64,000 nt of DNA from an uncultured bacterium (GTDB taxonomy: Bacteria; Verrucomicrobiota; Kiritimatiellia; PWTM01). The DNA is taken from positions 926,053-990,052 of the forward strand of contig CAVUUJ010000002.1 in the NCBI GenBank assembly GCA_963744655.1. The letters run 5' to 3'. A program made the position numbers and the translations under genes. Below, in pieces: positions 9,344-18,781 of the stretch. Each line of letters opens with the position of its first letter. Within the stretch, counting starts at the first letter, position 1. The notes under the pieces were generated by a model. The model was given only the letters and a program-made list of their open reading frames with translations, was not told the DNA's origin and did no database searches.

Positions 9344-10462
9344 TCAGCCTGCCACGGCGCGGTACACGTCCCACGTCCGGCGCGCCGTCTCGTCCCACGT
9401 GAACCCGGCCGCGTGGGCGCGACCCCGTTCGACGAGCCGGGCGCGGGCCCCCGCATCGCCCAGCAGCCCGCGCACGCATTCCGCCCACCGGTCCGCGTCG
9501 TACGTGTCGATCACCTCCGCCGCCGCGCCGGCCACCTCCCGGAGCGCGCCCCCGGCGGAACAGACCACGGGCGTACCGCAGGCCATGGCCTCCAGCGGGG
9601 GGAACCCGAACCCCTCGTAGAGCGACGGGAAGACGACCAGTTCCGCGCCGGCATACAGCGCGGGCAGGTCTTCGTCGGCCACGTAGTCGAGATGCCGTAT
9701 GCGGCCGGCGCGCGGCGAGCGGCGGATCCGGTCCAGGATGGGTTCGACCTTCCATCCCCGCATGCCGGCCAGCACGAGCAGACCGCCGAAGTCCGCCAGC
9801 CGCTCGAAGACCTCCACGAGAAAGGCGTGGTTCTTGCGCGGCTCCAGCGTGCCGACCATCAGGAGGTAGGGCCGGTCGAGCCCAACACGCCGGCGGAAGG
9901 CCCCGACCTCGTCCGGCGGCGGACGGCGCAGGTCCGCCGGCAGGCCGAGGGGGATCGGGAAGATCCGCTCGCTCGGCACACCGAGAAGCTCCTCGATGTC
10001 CCGCGCCATCGCCTGCGAATCCGTGATGACCGCATCGGCCCGCCGCACGGTCGCGGGCACGCGGGCGTGAAGGTAGCGCAGGTTGCGGGGTTCCGCGGCC
10101 TCGGGGAAGCGGAGAAACGAGACGTCGTGCAGCGTCACGACCGAACGCCCCCTGCGGAGGGGCGGGCGGACGAAGTTGGGAAAATGGTACACGCCGGCCC
10201 GGCCGGCGAACCACTCGTAGGGCGGCCATCCCGCCGTTTTCCACGCCTGCTGCACGAGGCGGCCGGGCACCCAGCGCACGGTGCGCAGCGAGGCGCCCCC
10301 GGGCAGCCCTTCGGGAACGCCGCGCCGCTGGAAATCGAAGCAGAACAGCCGGACCGCGTCCCCTCCCGCGTGCGCCGGAAGGTGCGCGGCCAGCATCCGG
10401 GTGTAGCGGCCGACGCCCGCCCGCTGCGCAAGCGCCGGCTGGATGTCGAGGCTGACGATCAC
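9344..10462 (-). CDS. Glycosyltransferase family 4 (mannosyltransferase-like)
   Basis: GVGRY, TLHD, VGTLEPRKN, FPSLYEGFGFPPLEAMACG (EX7E motif). Confidence 0.93.
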   Translation of the reverse strand: MIVSLDIQPALAQRAGVGRYTRMLAAHLPAHAGGDAVRLFCFDFQRRGVPEGLPGGASLRTVRWVPGRLVQQAWKTAGWPPYEWFAGRAGVYHFPNFVRPPLRRGRSVVTLHDVSFLRFPEAAEPRNLRYLHARVPATVRRADAVITDSQAMARDIEELLGVPSERIFPIPLGLPADLRRPPPDEVGAFRRRVGLDRPYLLMVGTLEPRKNHAFLVEVFERLADFGGLLVLAGMRGWKVEPILDRIRRSPRAGRIRHLDYVADEDLPALYAGAELVVFPSLYEGFGFPPLEAMACGTPVVCSAGGALREVAGAAAEVIDTYDADRWAECVRGLLGDAGARARLVERGRAHAAGFTWDETARRTWDVYRAVAG

Positions 10463-10474
10463 CGTGGCCGCAGC

Positions 10475-11464
10475 CTACCAGAGCCCCCCCGAGCGGCCAA
10501 GCCGCCCCGGCGTCCGCCAGTGCGCCCGCAGCCACGCCGCGGCCGGTCCCACGTCGACACGCTCCGCGAAAGCGACCAGTTCCCCGGTCCGGTCGACGGC
10601 GTCGAGCGCGATGTTCTTCCCGGGCGGAAAGGCGGGCGCGAGGCGGTGATAGCGGTCGCGCAGGAGTTGACGGCACTGGTAGTCCGCCACCCCGGCCACG
10701 CCGTCCAGCATCAGGTCGATGATCGGCCGGCCCCAGCGCACCCAGCCCCAGGCGATGCGCCGCTCCGGGCGGCGGAGCAGCGGCGTGCCGGTCCCGAGCG
10801 AGAGCAGCGCGACCCGTTCAAGACGCGGCGGCCGCGCCGCGGCGCGGCGGTCCTGCGTCTGCGCCAGCGCCGCCATGGCCGGGTTGTTGGCCACCACGCC
10901 GCCGTCGATGTACCCATCGACCGACGGAAAGTACGTCGGCGCCGCGCTGGTGTAGAGGGCCACCTTGTAGACCGGGCACTCCGCGTCGGTATCCGCGCCG
11001 GGGAAGTTGTGGAAGAACTTCGGCGCCCAGCGCCGCTTCGCGGGGTCGGGGTCCTCGTTGTCGAGGTCGAACGCGGGGATGAGCACGCGCCGGCGCAGGT
11101 CGCGCAGCCGCGCGTTCCCGAACACGGTCCGCAGTTCGCGGGACAGGGCGCGGTTGTCGTACTGGGCGCCGAGCGCGTTGCCCAGGTCGCGCACGTCGTC
11201 GAGCGCCGAGTCGCGGAAGATGGCGCGGCCGCGCTTCTCGTAGAGGGCGCGCAGGTCCGCGAGGGAGAGGCCGTGGGCCAGGCCGAGCGCAAGGATGCCG
11301 CCGGTGGACGTGCCCGCGATCAGGTCGGCCTTGGCCAGCCAGCCCGGGCAGGCGGCCTCGAGGCGCTCGAGCAGCACGAGGGTGAGCAGCCCCCGGATGC
11401 CGCCGCCGTCCAGACTCAGGACCCGGTACGGCCGCCTGCGGCGCGCCGCCTCCCTTTTCGCCAT
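10475..11464 (-). CDS. Patatin-like phospholipase
   Basis: DGGGIRG oxyanion motif, GTSTG nucleophile, SAAPTYF, DGG catalytic Asp, LSLGTG. Confidence 0.92.
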   Translation of the reverse strand: MAKREAARRRRPYRVLSLDGGGIRGLLTLVLLERLEAACPGWLAKADLIAGTSTGGILALGLAHGLSLADLRALYEKRGRAIFRDSALDDVRDLGNALGAQYDNRALSRELRTVFGNARLRDLRRRVLIPAFDLDNEDPDPAKRRWAPKFFHNFPGADTDAECPVYKVALYTSAAPTYFPSVDGYIDGGVVANNPAMAALAQTQDRRAAARPPRLERVALLSLGTGTPLLRRPERRIAWGWVRWGRPIIDLMLDGVAGVADYQCRQLLRDRYHRLAPAFPPGKNIALDAVDRTGELVAFAERVDVGPAAAWLRAHWRTPGRLGRSGGLW

Positions 11465-11543
11465 GGCCGCCTCCTTAGCCCGGGGTCCGGCCGCGTTTCC
11501 CCGTTCGCGCCGGACCGCGGGCCGCGGCAGCCCGCGGGCGGCA

Positions 11544-12779
11544 TCACGCCTCCACGACCTCCATGGCGATGCGCGCCCATTCGGAGAGGCGGGCCGGCTC
11601 GTAGCGGACCGTGCTGATGTCCTTGAGGATGATCTCCAGCGGGCAGCCGTGCCGCTCGCAGACCGCCCGCGTGCCGGCGAGGTCCGCGCGCACCGCGTCC
11701 GCGTCGAACCGGTCCGCCGCCACGAGCGCGGGGCTCGGCTTGCGGGAGAACACGAAGTCGCCGCCGATCTCCTTCGCCCCGCGCTCCTGGTCGACCCAGG
11801 GGCTCATGGAGATCTTGCGCACGTTCGGCAGCAGGCGCACCTCGGCCATCTTTCCGTCCAGCGGATCGCAGCAGCCGTAGTACACCAGCCCGAACCGCTC
11901 GCAGAGGCGCCGGGTGTAGTCCACCTCGAACTCCTTGAACATGGCGGGCGACACCGAGGAGAACACCTGGGCCAGGCCGAACATCCACAGGTCCCTCGTG
12001 CGCGGCGCGCGCGGGTCGTAGCCCGGCGCGGGCAGCTCGTCGGTGAAGGCCCCGGTGCAGTGGATCGTGCTCTGCGGACCGCAGAGCAGCCCCTGCTCCT
12101 CGAGCTGGTCGAGCAGGGAGAGGTAGCCTTCCGTCATGCGGGCCAGCAGGCGGTGCACGTAGTCCGGCCGGTCCACCAGGGCGAACAGCACCTCTTCGAC
12201 GCTCATCCACGTCGTGATCGGGTCCCACAGGGACACGTAGGGGTCGACCCCCTCCGGCCGTACCTCCAGCAGGCCGTCGAACAGCTCCGCTGCCACGGCC
12301 AGCCGGCGTTCGGTTTCCTCCTCGTCGTGGCGGACCCGCGGCGTTTTGATCCTCTCCAGGTCGGCTTCCGTCTTGAACTGGTTCTCGTACCGGTGCCCCA
12401 CCACGTCGTTGGCCGGGTCGCCGACGGCGGTCTGCTGGCGCACCGCGATCCCGAAGCCCGTGACGCGGACGGCCTTGGGCACGCGCACGAAGGACTCGAC
12501 CGCCCTGTCCACGGGGAAGTGCTTCACCTGGTAGAGCGTGCGGCGGAGCACCTCCTCGTAGCCGCGGCAGTCCGCGTCCGCGCACCGCGGGGCAAGGTCG
12601 CCGGCGGACGACAGCTCGTTCCAGCACACCTGGTCGATCATCACCATCGGGCGCGCGGGTTTGCGCGCGTTGAGGGCGCGCCACAGGCGCCGCTTCTCCT
12701 CCTGCTCCGGCCGCGCGGCGATTTCCGCCACGCGGCCCGCCAGGTCCCGCACGATGGCAACGTCTTTCCCGTTCAGCAT
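11544..12779 (-). CDS. Uroporphyrinogen decarboxylase/cobalamin methyltransferase-like (URO-D/MtbA fold) protein of unknown substrate
   Basis: LFALVDRPDYVHRLL, VSPAMFKEF, YYGCCDPL, RKISMSPW, FSRKPSP pattern typical of URO-D-like orphan families (recognised by eye). Confidence 0.6.
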   Translation of the reverse strand: MLNGKDVAIVRDLAGRVAEIAARPEQEEKRRLWRALNARKPARPMVMIDQVCWNELSSAGDLAPRCADADCRGYEEVLRRTLYQVKHFPVDRAVESFVRVPKAVRVTGFGIAVRQQTAVGDPANDVVGHRYENQFKTEADLERIKTPRVRHDEEETERRLAVAAELFDGLLEVRPEGVDPYVSLWDPITTWMSVEEVLFALVDRPDYVHRLLARMTEGYLSLLDQLEEQGLLCGPQSTIHCTGAFTDELPAPGYDPRAPRTRDLWMFGLAQVFSSVSPAMFKEFEVDYTRRLCERFGLVYYGCCDPLDGKMAEVRLLPNVRKISMSPWVDQERGAKEIGGDFVFSRKPSPALVAADRFDADAVRADLAGTRAVCERHGCPLEIILKDISTVRYEPARLSEWARIAMEVVEA

Positions 12780-12852
12780 GCCCCCCCCTTTCTTTTGTAC
12801 ACGACCGGCCGGACCGGTTCCGCGCGTCCCCGTGCGACCGGGACCGGGCGGA

Positions 12853-14157
12853 CTACCCGGGCGCCCGCTTCTGCCACGGAACCGACCCGGCCTGCCGGAT
12901 GTGCTCCTGCATCGCCTTGCAGAGTTCGTCACGCGCCGGGTGGTCTTCGCCCGCCCGGTCGTGTTCTTCCCCCTCGTCCCCCGCCAGGTCGTACATCTCC
13001 AGCGGGGCGAACGCGTCGTTGTGCAGCAGCTTGAGGTCGCCGCGCCGCACGGCGTGGTAGTCCTGGCCCACGTAGCGGCGCCCCTTCCACCATCCCTCCC
13101 GGCGGACCCAGTAGAAGGTGCGGTCCGCGGCGTCGGCTTCCCCGCCGAGCAGCAGCGGCAGGATGGAGCGTCCCTCGATGCGGTGCGTCACGTCGATCCC
13201 GGCCAACTCCGCCAGCGTCGGGAAAACGTCCATCAGCATCGCCACCCGGTCCGACGCGCCCCCCGGGGCGATGCGCCCGGGCCAGCGGGCGAGGAACGGG
13301 ATGCGGATGCCCCCCTCGTACATGTCGCCCTTGGCGCCTCGCAGCGGGCCGTTCCAGGCGCCGGCGGAGAGCTGGCCGCCGTTGTCGGAGGCGTAGATGA
13401 CCAGCGTGTCCTCCGCCAGGTCCGCTTCGTCCAGCGCCGCGAGCACCCGGCCGATGCCGTCGTCCATGTGCTCCACGAGGGCGCTGTACTTCGCGCGCCG
13501 GTCGTCCAGCCCGGGCTCGCGCGCACGCACCCGCTCCAGCCATTCCTCCGGCGGCTGGATCGGAATGTGCGGAGCGTTGTAGGCCAGGTACAGGAAGAAG
13601 GGGTCGTCCCGGCCCGCCCGCCCCCGGAGGTAGTCCGCGGCCCAGCCGCTGAAGAGGTCCGTCGCGTGCCCTGCCGGATCGATGACCTCGCGGTTGTGCC
13701 GCATCCCGTTGCGGCCGAAACGGCGGTGCGTCCAGTAGTCGTCCATCATGTCGTCGAGGAAGCCGAGGTACTCGTCGAACCCGCGGGCGCAGGGGTGGTT
13801 TTCGTCTTCCATGCCGAGATGCCACTTGCCGATGTGCATCGTGTGGTAGCCCGCCCGGCGCAGCATGTCCGGAAGGGTGACGGCCGCGGGATCGAAGTAG
13901 CCCCAGCTGTCCTCCGGCGTCTGGCGGATAACGCCCGGCACGCCGACGCGGTCGGGGTAGCGCCCGGTCAGGAGGGCCGCCCGGCTGGGCGAGCAGACGC
14001 ACGAGTTCGCGTAGAAACGGCTGAACCGCATGCCCGCCGCGCCGAGCGCGTCGAGGTGGGGCGTCCGCACGCCCGGTCCGCCGTGGGCCGACAGGTCGCC
14101 GTAGCCGTGGTCGTCGGCGAGGATCACGATCAGGTTAGGCCGCCTGGCATCGCTCAC
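12853..14157 (-). CDS. Cys-type sulfatase, no signal peptide
   Basis: RPNLIVILADDHGYGD, CSPSRAALLTG, GKWHLG, SDNGG, LRGAKGDMYEGG. GTG at 14157 follows AAGGA. This is the C-terminal half of the track ORF 12853..15450. Confidence 0.92.
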   Translation of the reverse strand: MSDARRPNLIVILADDHGYGDLSAHGGPGVRTPHLDALGAAGMRFSRFYANSCVCSPSRAALLTGRYPDRVGVPGVIRQTPEDSWGYFDPAAVTLPDMLRRAGYHTMHIGKWHLGMEDENHPCARGFDEYLGFLDDMMDDYWTHRRFGRNGMRHNREVIDPAGHATDLFSGWAADYLRGRAGRDDPFFLYLAYNAPHIPIQPPEEWLERVRAREPGLDDRRAKYSALVEHMDDGIGRVLAALDEADLAEDTLVIYASDNGGQLSAGAWNGPLRGAKGDMYEGGIRIPFLARWPGRIAPGGASDRVAMLMDVFPTLAELAGIDVTHRIEGRSILPLLLGGEADAADRTFYWVRREGWWKGRRYVGQDYHAVRRGDLKLLHNDAFAPLEMYDLAGDEGEEHDRAGEDHPARDELCKAMQEHIRQAGSVPWQKRAPG

Positions 14158-14264
14158 GGGTACCCGTCCTTCCGTGCGCGCGGCGCCGCGCGTACCAGGC
14201 GACGGTAGGCGAGCCCCCTTCCGGTGGCAAGACCGCACCGTCCGCACGGGGGAGGCGGCGCGGT

Positions 14265-15450
14265 TCAGCCGCGCGCGGGGACGGTCGCCGCCGCGACGGC
14301 GAGCCGGCAGCCTCCGAGGAACTCGCGCAGGTCGACGTATTCCTCCAGGCTGTGCGCGCCGTGCTGCCCGGCGCCGAAGGTCACCGTCGGTATGCCGGCC
14401 GCCGTCAGCGGGTTCGCGTCGAGCCCCCCGTCGAGAACGTGGAGCGTGGGTTCGAACCCGGCCTCGCGCGCCGCGGCGCAGGCGAGCCGAACGGCGGGGT
14501 GGCGGGCCGGGAGGCGGAACGCCCGGTAGTCGTCGGCCGCCGTGAACGCGACCCGGGCGGGGGTCCCGTCGGCGGCACGCACGGAGCGTGCCGCCTGCTC
14601 GAAGGCGCGGCGGTACGCCGCGGTGATCGCACGCAGGAACGCGGGGCTGTGGCTGCGGCACTCGCCCTTCACGTACACGTGGCCGGTCACCTGGTTGGTC
14701 GCCTCGCCGCCGCGGATCCCCCCGACGTTGGCCGTGCCGCGGCGGCGTCCCTTCTCGATGCGGCCGAACCAGCCCTGCGCGGCAACACGCTCGATCGCGC
14801 GCGCGGCCGCGAGCATCGCCGAAACGCCCTGCTCGGGGTGCATGCCCGCGTGGGCGGAGCGTCCGTGCACGTGCGCCTCCCAGCGGGTCGCGCCGATGGC
14901 GCCGACGGCCAGCGCCGCCGGCGCGCCGCTGTCGATGTTGAACGCCAGGGCGGGGTGACCCGAGGTCGGCGGGCCGCACGGCCTTGGCCCCGTGCAGGCC
15001 GGTCTCCTCGGCGATCGTGAACAGCAGCGTGAGCGGCGGGTGCGGCAGGCGGTGGGCCAGCAGCGTTTCGGCCAGCGTCACCAGGCAGGCGACGGCGGTG
15101 CGGTTATCCGCGCCGAGTCCGGTGTCCCCGCGGGCGACGACCCGGTTCCCCCTGCGGACCGGCGCGGCGCCCCGGCACAACGGCACGGTGTCCATGTGCC
15201 CGACGAACATGCGCCGCGCGCCCCTAGCGGTCCCGGGCAGGCGCACGACGAGGTTGCCGACCTCGAAGCCTTTGCCCAGCCTGCGGTGCGCGGCGTCGTG
15301 GCGCATCCACGCCGCCTTGCAGCCGGCGGCGAGCAGCGCGTCGCGCACGCGGCGGGCGATCGTGCCCTCCCGCCCGCTCTGCCCCTCGACGGCCAGGAAA
15401 TCGAGCAGTCGCGCGATCGCGCGCGCTCGGTCCACGAGGTTCCGCTCCAT
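14265..15450 (-). pseudogene. M20/M42-type metallopeptidase (peptidase T-like) interrupted by a +1 frameshift near 14960
   Basis: The N-half has GHMDTV, LGADN, FTIAEETG. The C-half, in another frame, has AFNIDSG, GRSAHAG.HPEQG, GGEATN, GGLDAN, AHSLEEY. Removing one base of the CCC at 14959-14961 gives a continuous ...ADLGHPALAFNIDSG. Confidence 0.8.
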
Positions 15451-15477
15451 GGCCGTGCTTCCTCCCTCCGCCCCGGG

Positions 15478-16773
15478 TCAGGCGCCCGGCGCCGGCTCGG
15501 CGGGCGGCGTTTCCGCGGGGACCGCCGCGCCGGGGTCTTCCGCGCCGGGTTCCTGCGCGGACCCGGGCGACGCCTCGCCCGCGGGCGCGACGTCCCCGGC
15601 GGCCGGCGGCTCCGGTTCCGCCGGCGGCGGCTCCGGCTTCTTGATCAGCCCCTCGCGCGCAAGCAGCATGCTCTCGGCCGCGTACGACGGGACGATGTAG
15701 GTCCAGGACCCCAAGAGCGCCTGTTGTTCGGCGGCCTTCTTCTCGTTCTCACCGGTCTCCTTCTCCCACGTCGCGAGGTCCGCGCGGTACGCCGCCTCGG
15801 CCTCGGCCATAGCGTTCGTGTCCGGCGCCCCGCCCCCGGCCGGGGCCGCGGGCTCGGGCTTCACGGGCGGGGCGGGCTTGTCGTAGGCGACGGCGAGGCG
15901 CACGTAGCGGCCGTCGCCGCCCTCGACCGCGGCGCCTATGTGCACGGTGTAGCTGAAGCCCTCCTTCGTGCGCAGCGTGAAGACGGACGGGGCGTCCAGG
16001 CCCGTGTCGGCGTCGGCCTTCGCGGGATCGGCCACGCCGCTGAGGTTGAGGTAGGAAAGCGCGCCGGCCGCGCGGCGGGCGCTGTCGGGGTCGACCTGCC
16101 CGCCCCCGGGCAGCCCCTCGAGCTCGTAGTCGCTGTAGCCCTTCACGCGGAGCCGCCACGTGGTGTTCGACACGGAGCCGGCCACCGTCTCGGCGTCGCC
16201 CGAGCTGACGGAGACCAGCTGCTTTTCGATCCACTCGGCGCCGGCGGCGGGGAAGTCGCGCACCGCGCCGGCGAGGAGCACCACCGGACCGTCACCGGCC
16301 CGCACGTACTGGCCGTCGGGGTAGCCGCCGCCCGGCGCCATGCGTTCGCTGCCGAGCCGGAGCACGAGCACGGGGGCGCCCGCGGCATCCGACAGCGTGA
16401 CCACGGTCGGCGCCTGGCCCTCCGCGGAGGGCGCCAGCCCGAAGTCGGCGAGGTAGGACGTCCCGCCGGGCATGACCTGGCCGGTCTTCGTCTCGGCGAG
16501 GCGGAGGAGCCCCGAGGCCACCTTGTCGAAATCGGCCGGGTACCCGTAGAGCGTCTCGACCTTCCAGCCCGCCTCGGCACGGGCGACGACCGCGGTGCCC
16601 TCCGGGCCGGCGGCCTCGATGCGCGCCACCGCGTTGGGGTCGAAGGCGGCCAGCGGCCGCCCCGCGGCCGCGGCGCCGGCGGAAGACGGACCGCCTTCCC
16701 GCCGGCGCAGGACCGCCAGCGCCGCCACGACGGCGACCCCCACCGCAAGCAGGACGAGGTTCCTGGTCTTCAT
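15478..16773 (-). CDS. DUF4340-type membrane-anchored protein (accessory to Gld-like ABC system)
   Basis: N-terminal TM, W.V...YGYPAD, FGL, YVR pattern repeated twice, Pro/Glu-rich tail. Last gene of the ABC operon. Confidence 0.75.
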   Translation of the reverse strand: MKTRNLVLLAVGVAVVAALAVLRRREGGPSSAGAAAAGRPLAAFDPNAVARIEAAGPEGTAVVARAEAGWKVETLYGYPADFDKVASGLLRLAETKTGQVMPGGTSYLADFGLAPSAEGQAPTVVTLSDAAGAPVLVLRLGSERMAPGGGYPDGQYVRAGDGPVVLLAGAVRDFPAAGAEWIEKQLVSVSSGDAETVAGSVSNTTWRLRVKGYSDYELEGLPGGGQVDPDSARRAAGALSYLNLSGVADPAKADADTGLDAPSVFTLRTKEGFSYTVHIGAAVEGGDGRYVRLAVAYDKPAPPVKPEPAAPAGGGAPDTNAMAEAEAAYRADLATWEKETGENEKKAAEQQALLGSWTYIVPSYAAESMLLAREGLIKKPEPPPAEPEPPAAGDVAPAGEASPGSAQEPGAEDPGAAVPAETPPAEPAPGA

Positions 16774-16803
16774 GCTGTGCCTCCCGGGTTCACGCGCCGC
16801 GGC

Positions 16804-18732
16804 TCAGCCGCCGGCGCGGCGGCGCCGCGCGGCGCCGTGGTAGAGACCGAAGGCGGCCACCAGCACGGGCACGGCCGCCATGTTCACGAGCTTGAGCAGC
16901 CACCCCAGCCGCTCGATGTCGCGGCGCATGTCCTTGCGCACGTTCTTGAGTTCGCGCTGCGTGCGGAATTGCTCGTCGCGGAATTGCTCGATCTCCGCCC
17001 GCTGCTCGTCGGTGAGGATCAGCTTCTGGCCCGGGTCGCGGCTGGCCTGCAGTTCCTCGAGCCGGCGGCGCGTCTCGTCGAGCCGCGCCTGCAGGCGCTG
17101 CTCCTCGCGGCGCCAGCGCGCCGCGGCCTGCTGCTCGATCTCGAGCACGCGCGTGAAGGGCCGGTCGTAGGTGCCGCGGCTGCGCAGCCCGATGAGCACC
17201 TCGCTCCCGGCCAGCTGCTCCACCATGTTGAGAAGGAACCCGATGTTGTCGTTCGCCATCTGGTAACCCTGGTAGCCGAAGAAGTTGACCGGCTCGACGG
17301 CGAAACGGTCGTAGAGCAGGTCGACGTCGGCCACGAGCACGACCACGCCCGGCGCGGTGCCGGCGGCCAGGACGTCGCCCGCGGGGGGCTCGGGCTTCTC
17401 CGTCTCCCCGGACGCCCCCTCGTCGCCCTCCCCGCCCGCGGGCGGCTCCGCGGGGGCCCCTTCGGGGAAGGCGGTCTTGAACAGCCCGGTCAACCGGACG
17501 GCCACCGGCAGCGCCTTGCCCGCGGCCGGCGGCGGCGCGGAGGCCGCGCCGGGGAGCATCACCTGCATGGTTTCGGTGAGGCCGGCCTCCTTCGACGTGA
17601 AGAGCAGCGGCGTCATCGTGAGCCCCTCCGCGGGCCCGCCCTCGAAGGCGCCCGCGAAAGGCAGCATGAGGAACTCCAGCCCGCTGATCGCCACGTCGCC
17701 GCGGTCGACGTTCTCCCCCCGAAGGGAGAGCCACGAGGCGTTGCGCTTGACGCGGCCCTCGCCGGAGCGCACGGGCGTGGCCGCCATCGGGTCCGCCGCC
17801 ATGCGCTCCGCGTCCAGGCGCAGGCCCCACGCCGACGTGAGGCGGTTGAGGTCCGAGGACGAGCTGCTCATGCCCATCATGTTGCGGTAGGGGTTCTGCG
17901 CCTCGCTCTCCATCTGCGCGAGGCAGGCGGGATCGACGAAGGCCAGCAGCCGCCCGCCCTGCAGGACGAACTGGTCTATGGCGAAGAGGGTCTTCCCGGA
18001 GAGGTCGCGCGGGTGGATGATCACCAGGGCGGTGACCTCTTCGGGGATCGTCTCCGCGCCGGGCTCGACCTCGACCACCTCGTAGAGCTTCTTCAGCTCC
18101 TCGACCGCGGCCCACGGCTTCCCGCCGCCCTGCGGCGGCCCGAAGGGCGTGGCCGGCGGCCGGCCGGTGACCGGCAGCGAACTGAGGAGCCCCACCTTCG
18201 GCCGCGCGGCGAGGGAGACCTCGTGGACGAGACGCGTGACGAGGTACTCGAGCTGCGGCTCGGCGTCGGGCGAGAGAAAGGGAATCGAGGCGTCGCGCGG
18301 CCCCGACACGGCCGCGAGGCCGAGGTAGAGGTCAGGGCCGCCGCCCAGCAGGGCCATCGGCGCGGCCTGCAGGCCGAACTTCTGCGCCCACTCCTCGGCA
18401 TCCGAGTCGGGCTGCGGGTCCTCCACCTCCAGCTTCACGTTGCCGCCGCCGTGCAGGACGTACTCGCGAAGCAGGTCCTCGATCCGTTTGGCGTACTGGC
18501 GGACGGGGATCGGCACCTGGTCGCCCGTCGTCGCGTAGAACGTGAGCACGACCGGGCGGTCGAGCCCCGCGAGGAGCTGCTTCGTCCCCGCCGACAGCGT
18601 GTAGAGGTGTTCCTCGGTGAGGTCGGCCCGCCACGGCAGGCCGGCCACGAGGGCGTTGACCCCCACGAGCAGCGCACCGAAGAGCAGGACACCCAGCAGC
18701 CCCCGGGCCCGGGTTCGGAGAATCGGTTTCAT
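16804..18732 (-). CDS. GldG-family ABC-type auxiliary component
   Basis: RADLTEEHLYTLSAGT, LEYLVTR, AIDQFVLQGGRLLAFVDP, N..FLLNMVEQL....LIGLRSR, C-terminal coiled coil and TM. Confidence 0.85.
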   Translation of the reverse strand: MKPILRTRARGLLGVLLFGALLVGVNALVAGLPWRADLTEEHLYTLSAGTKQLLAGLDRPVVLTFYATTGDQVPIPVRQYAKRIEDLLREYVLHGGGNVKLEVEDPQPDSDAEEWAQKFGLQAAPMALLGGGPDLYLGLAAVSGPRDASIPFLSPDAEPQLEYLVTRLVHEVSLAARPKVGLLSSLPVTGRPPATPFGPPQGGGKPWAAVEELKKLYEVVEVEPGAETIPEEVTALVIIHPRDLSGKTLFAIDQFVLQGGRLLAFVDPACLAQMESEAQNPYRNMMGMSSSSSDLNRLTSAWGLRLDAERMAADPMAATPVRSGEGRVKRNASWLSLRGENVDRGDVAISGLEFLMLPFAGAFEGGPAEGLTMTPLLFTSKEAGLTETMQVMLPGAASAPPPAAGKALPVAVRLTGLFKTAFPEGAPAEPPAGGEGDEGASGETEKPEPPAGDVLAAGTAPGVVVLVADVDLLYDRFAVEPVNFFGYQGYQMANDNIGFLLNMVEQLAGSEVLIGLRSRGTYDRPFTRVLEIEQQAAARWRREEQRLQARLDETRRRLEELQASRDPGQKLILTDEQRAEIEQFRDEQFRTQRELKNVRKDMRRDIERLGWLLKLVNMAAVPVLVAAFGLYHGAARRRRAGG

Positions 18733-18781
18733 CGTCTTGGCTCCCACGGTGAGAAGCGGGTCGCGCCGCGGCGGCCCCCGC

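Noticed and set aside
10475-11464. Patatin as a CBASS CapV-type anti-phage effector
   Set aside because: There is no CD-NTase, Cap2/Cap3 or other defence gene nearby.
14440-14465. tRNA T-arm-like GGTTCGAACCC
   Set aside because: It lies inside the peptidase coding region and no cloverleaf can be built around it.
12853-15450. 865-aa peptidase-sulfatase fusion ORF
   Set aside because: The middle is out-of-frame Arg/Gly/Pro-rich text caused by the frameshift at ~14960. The sulfatase has its own RBS and GTG start.
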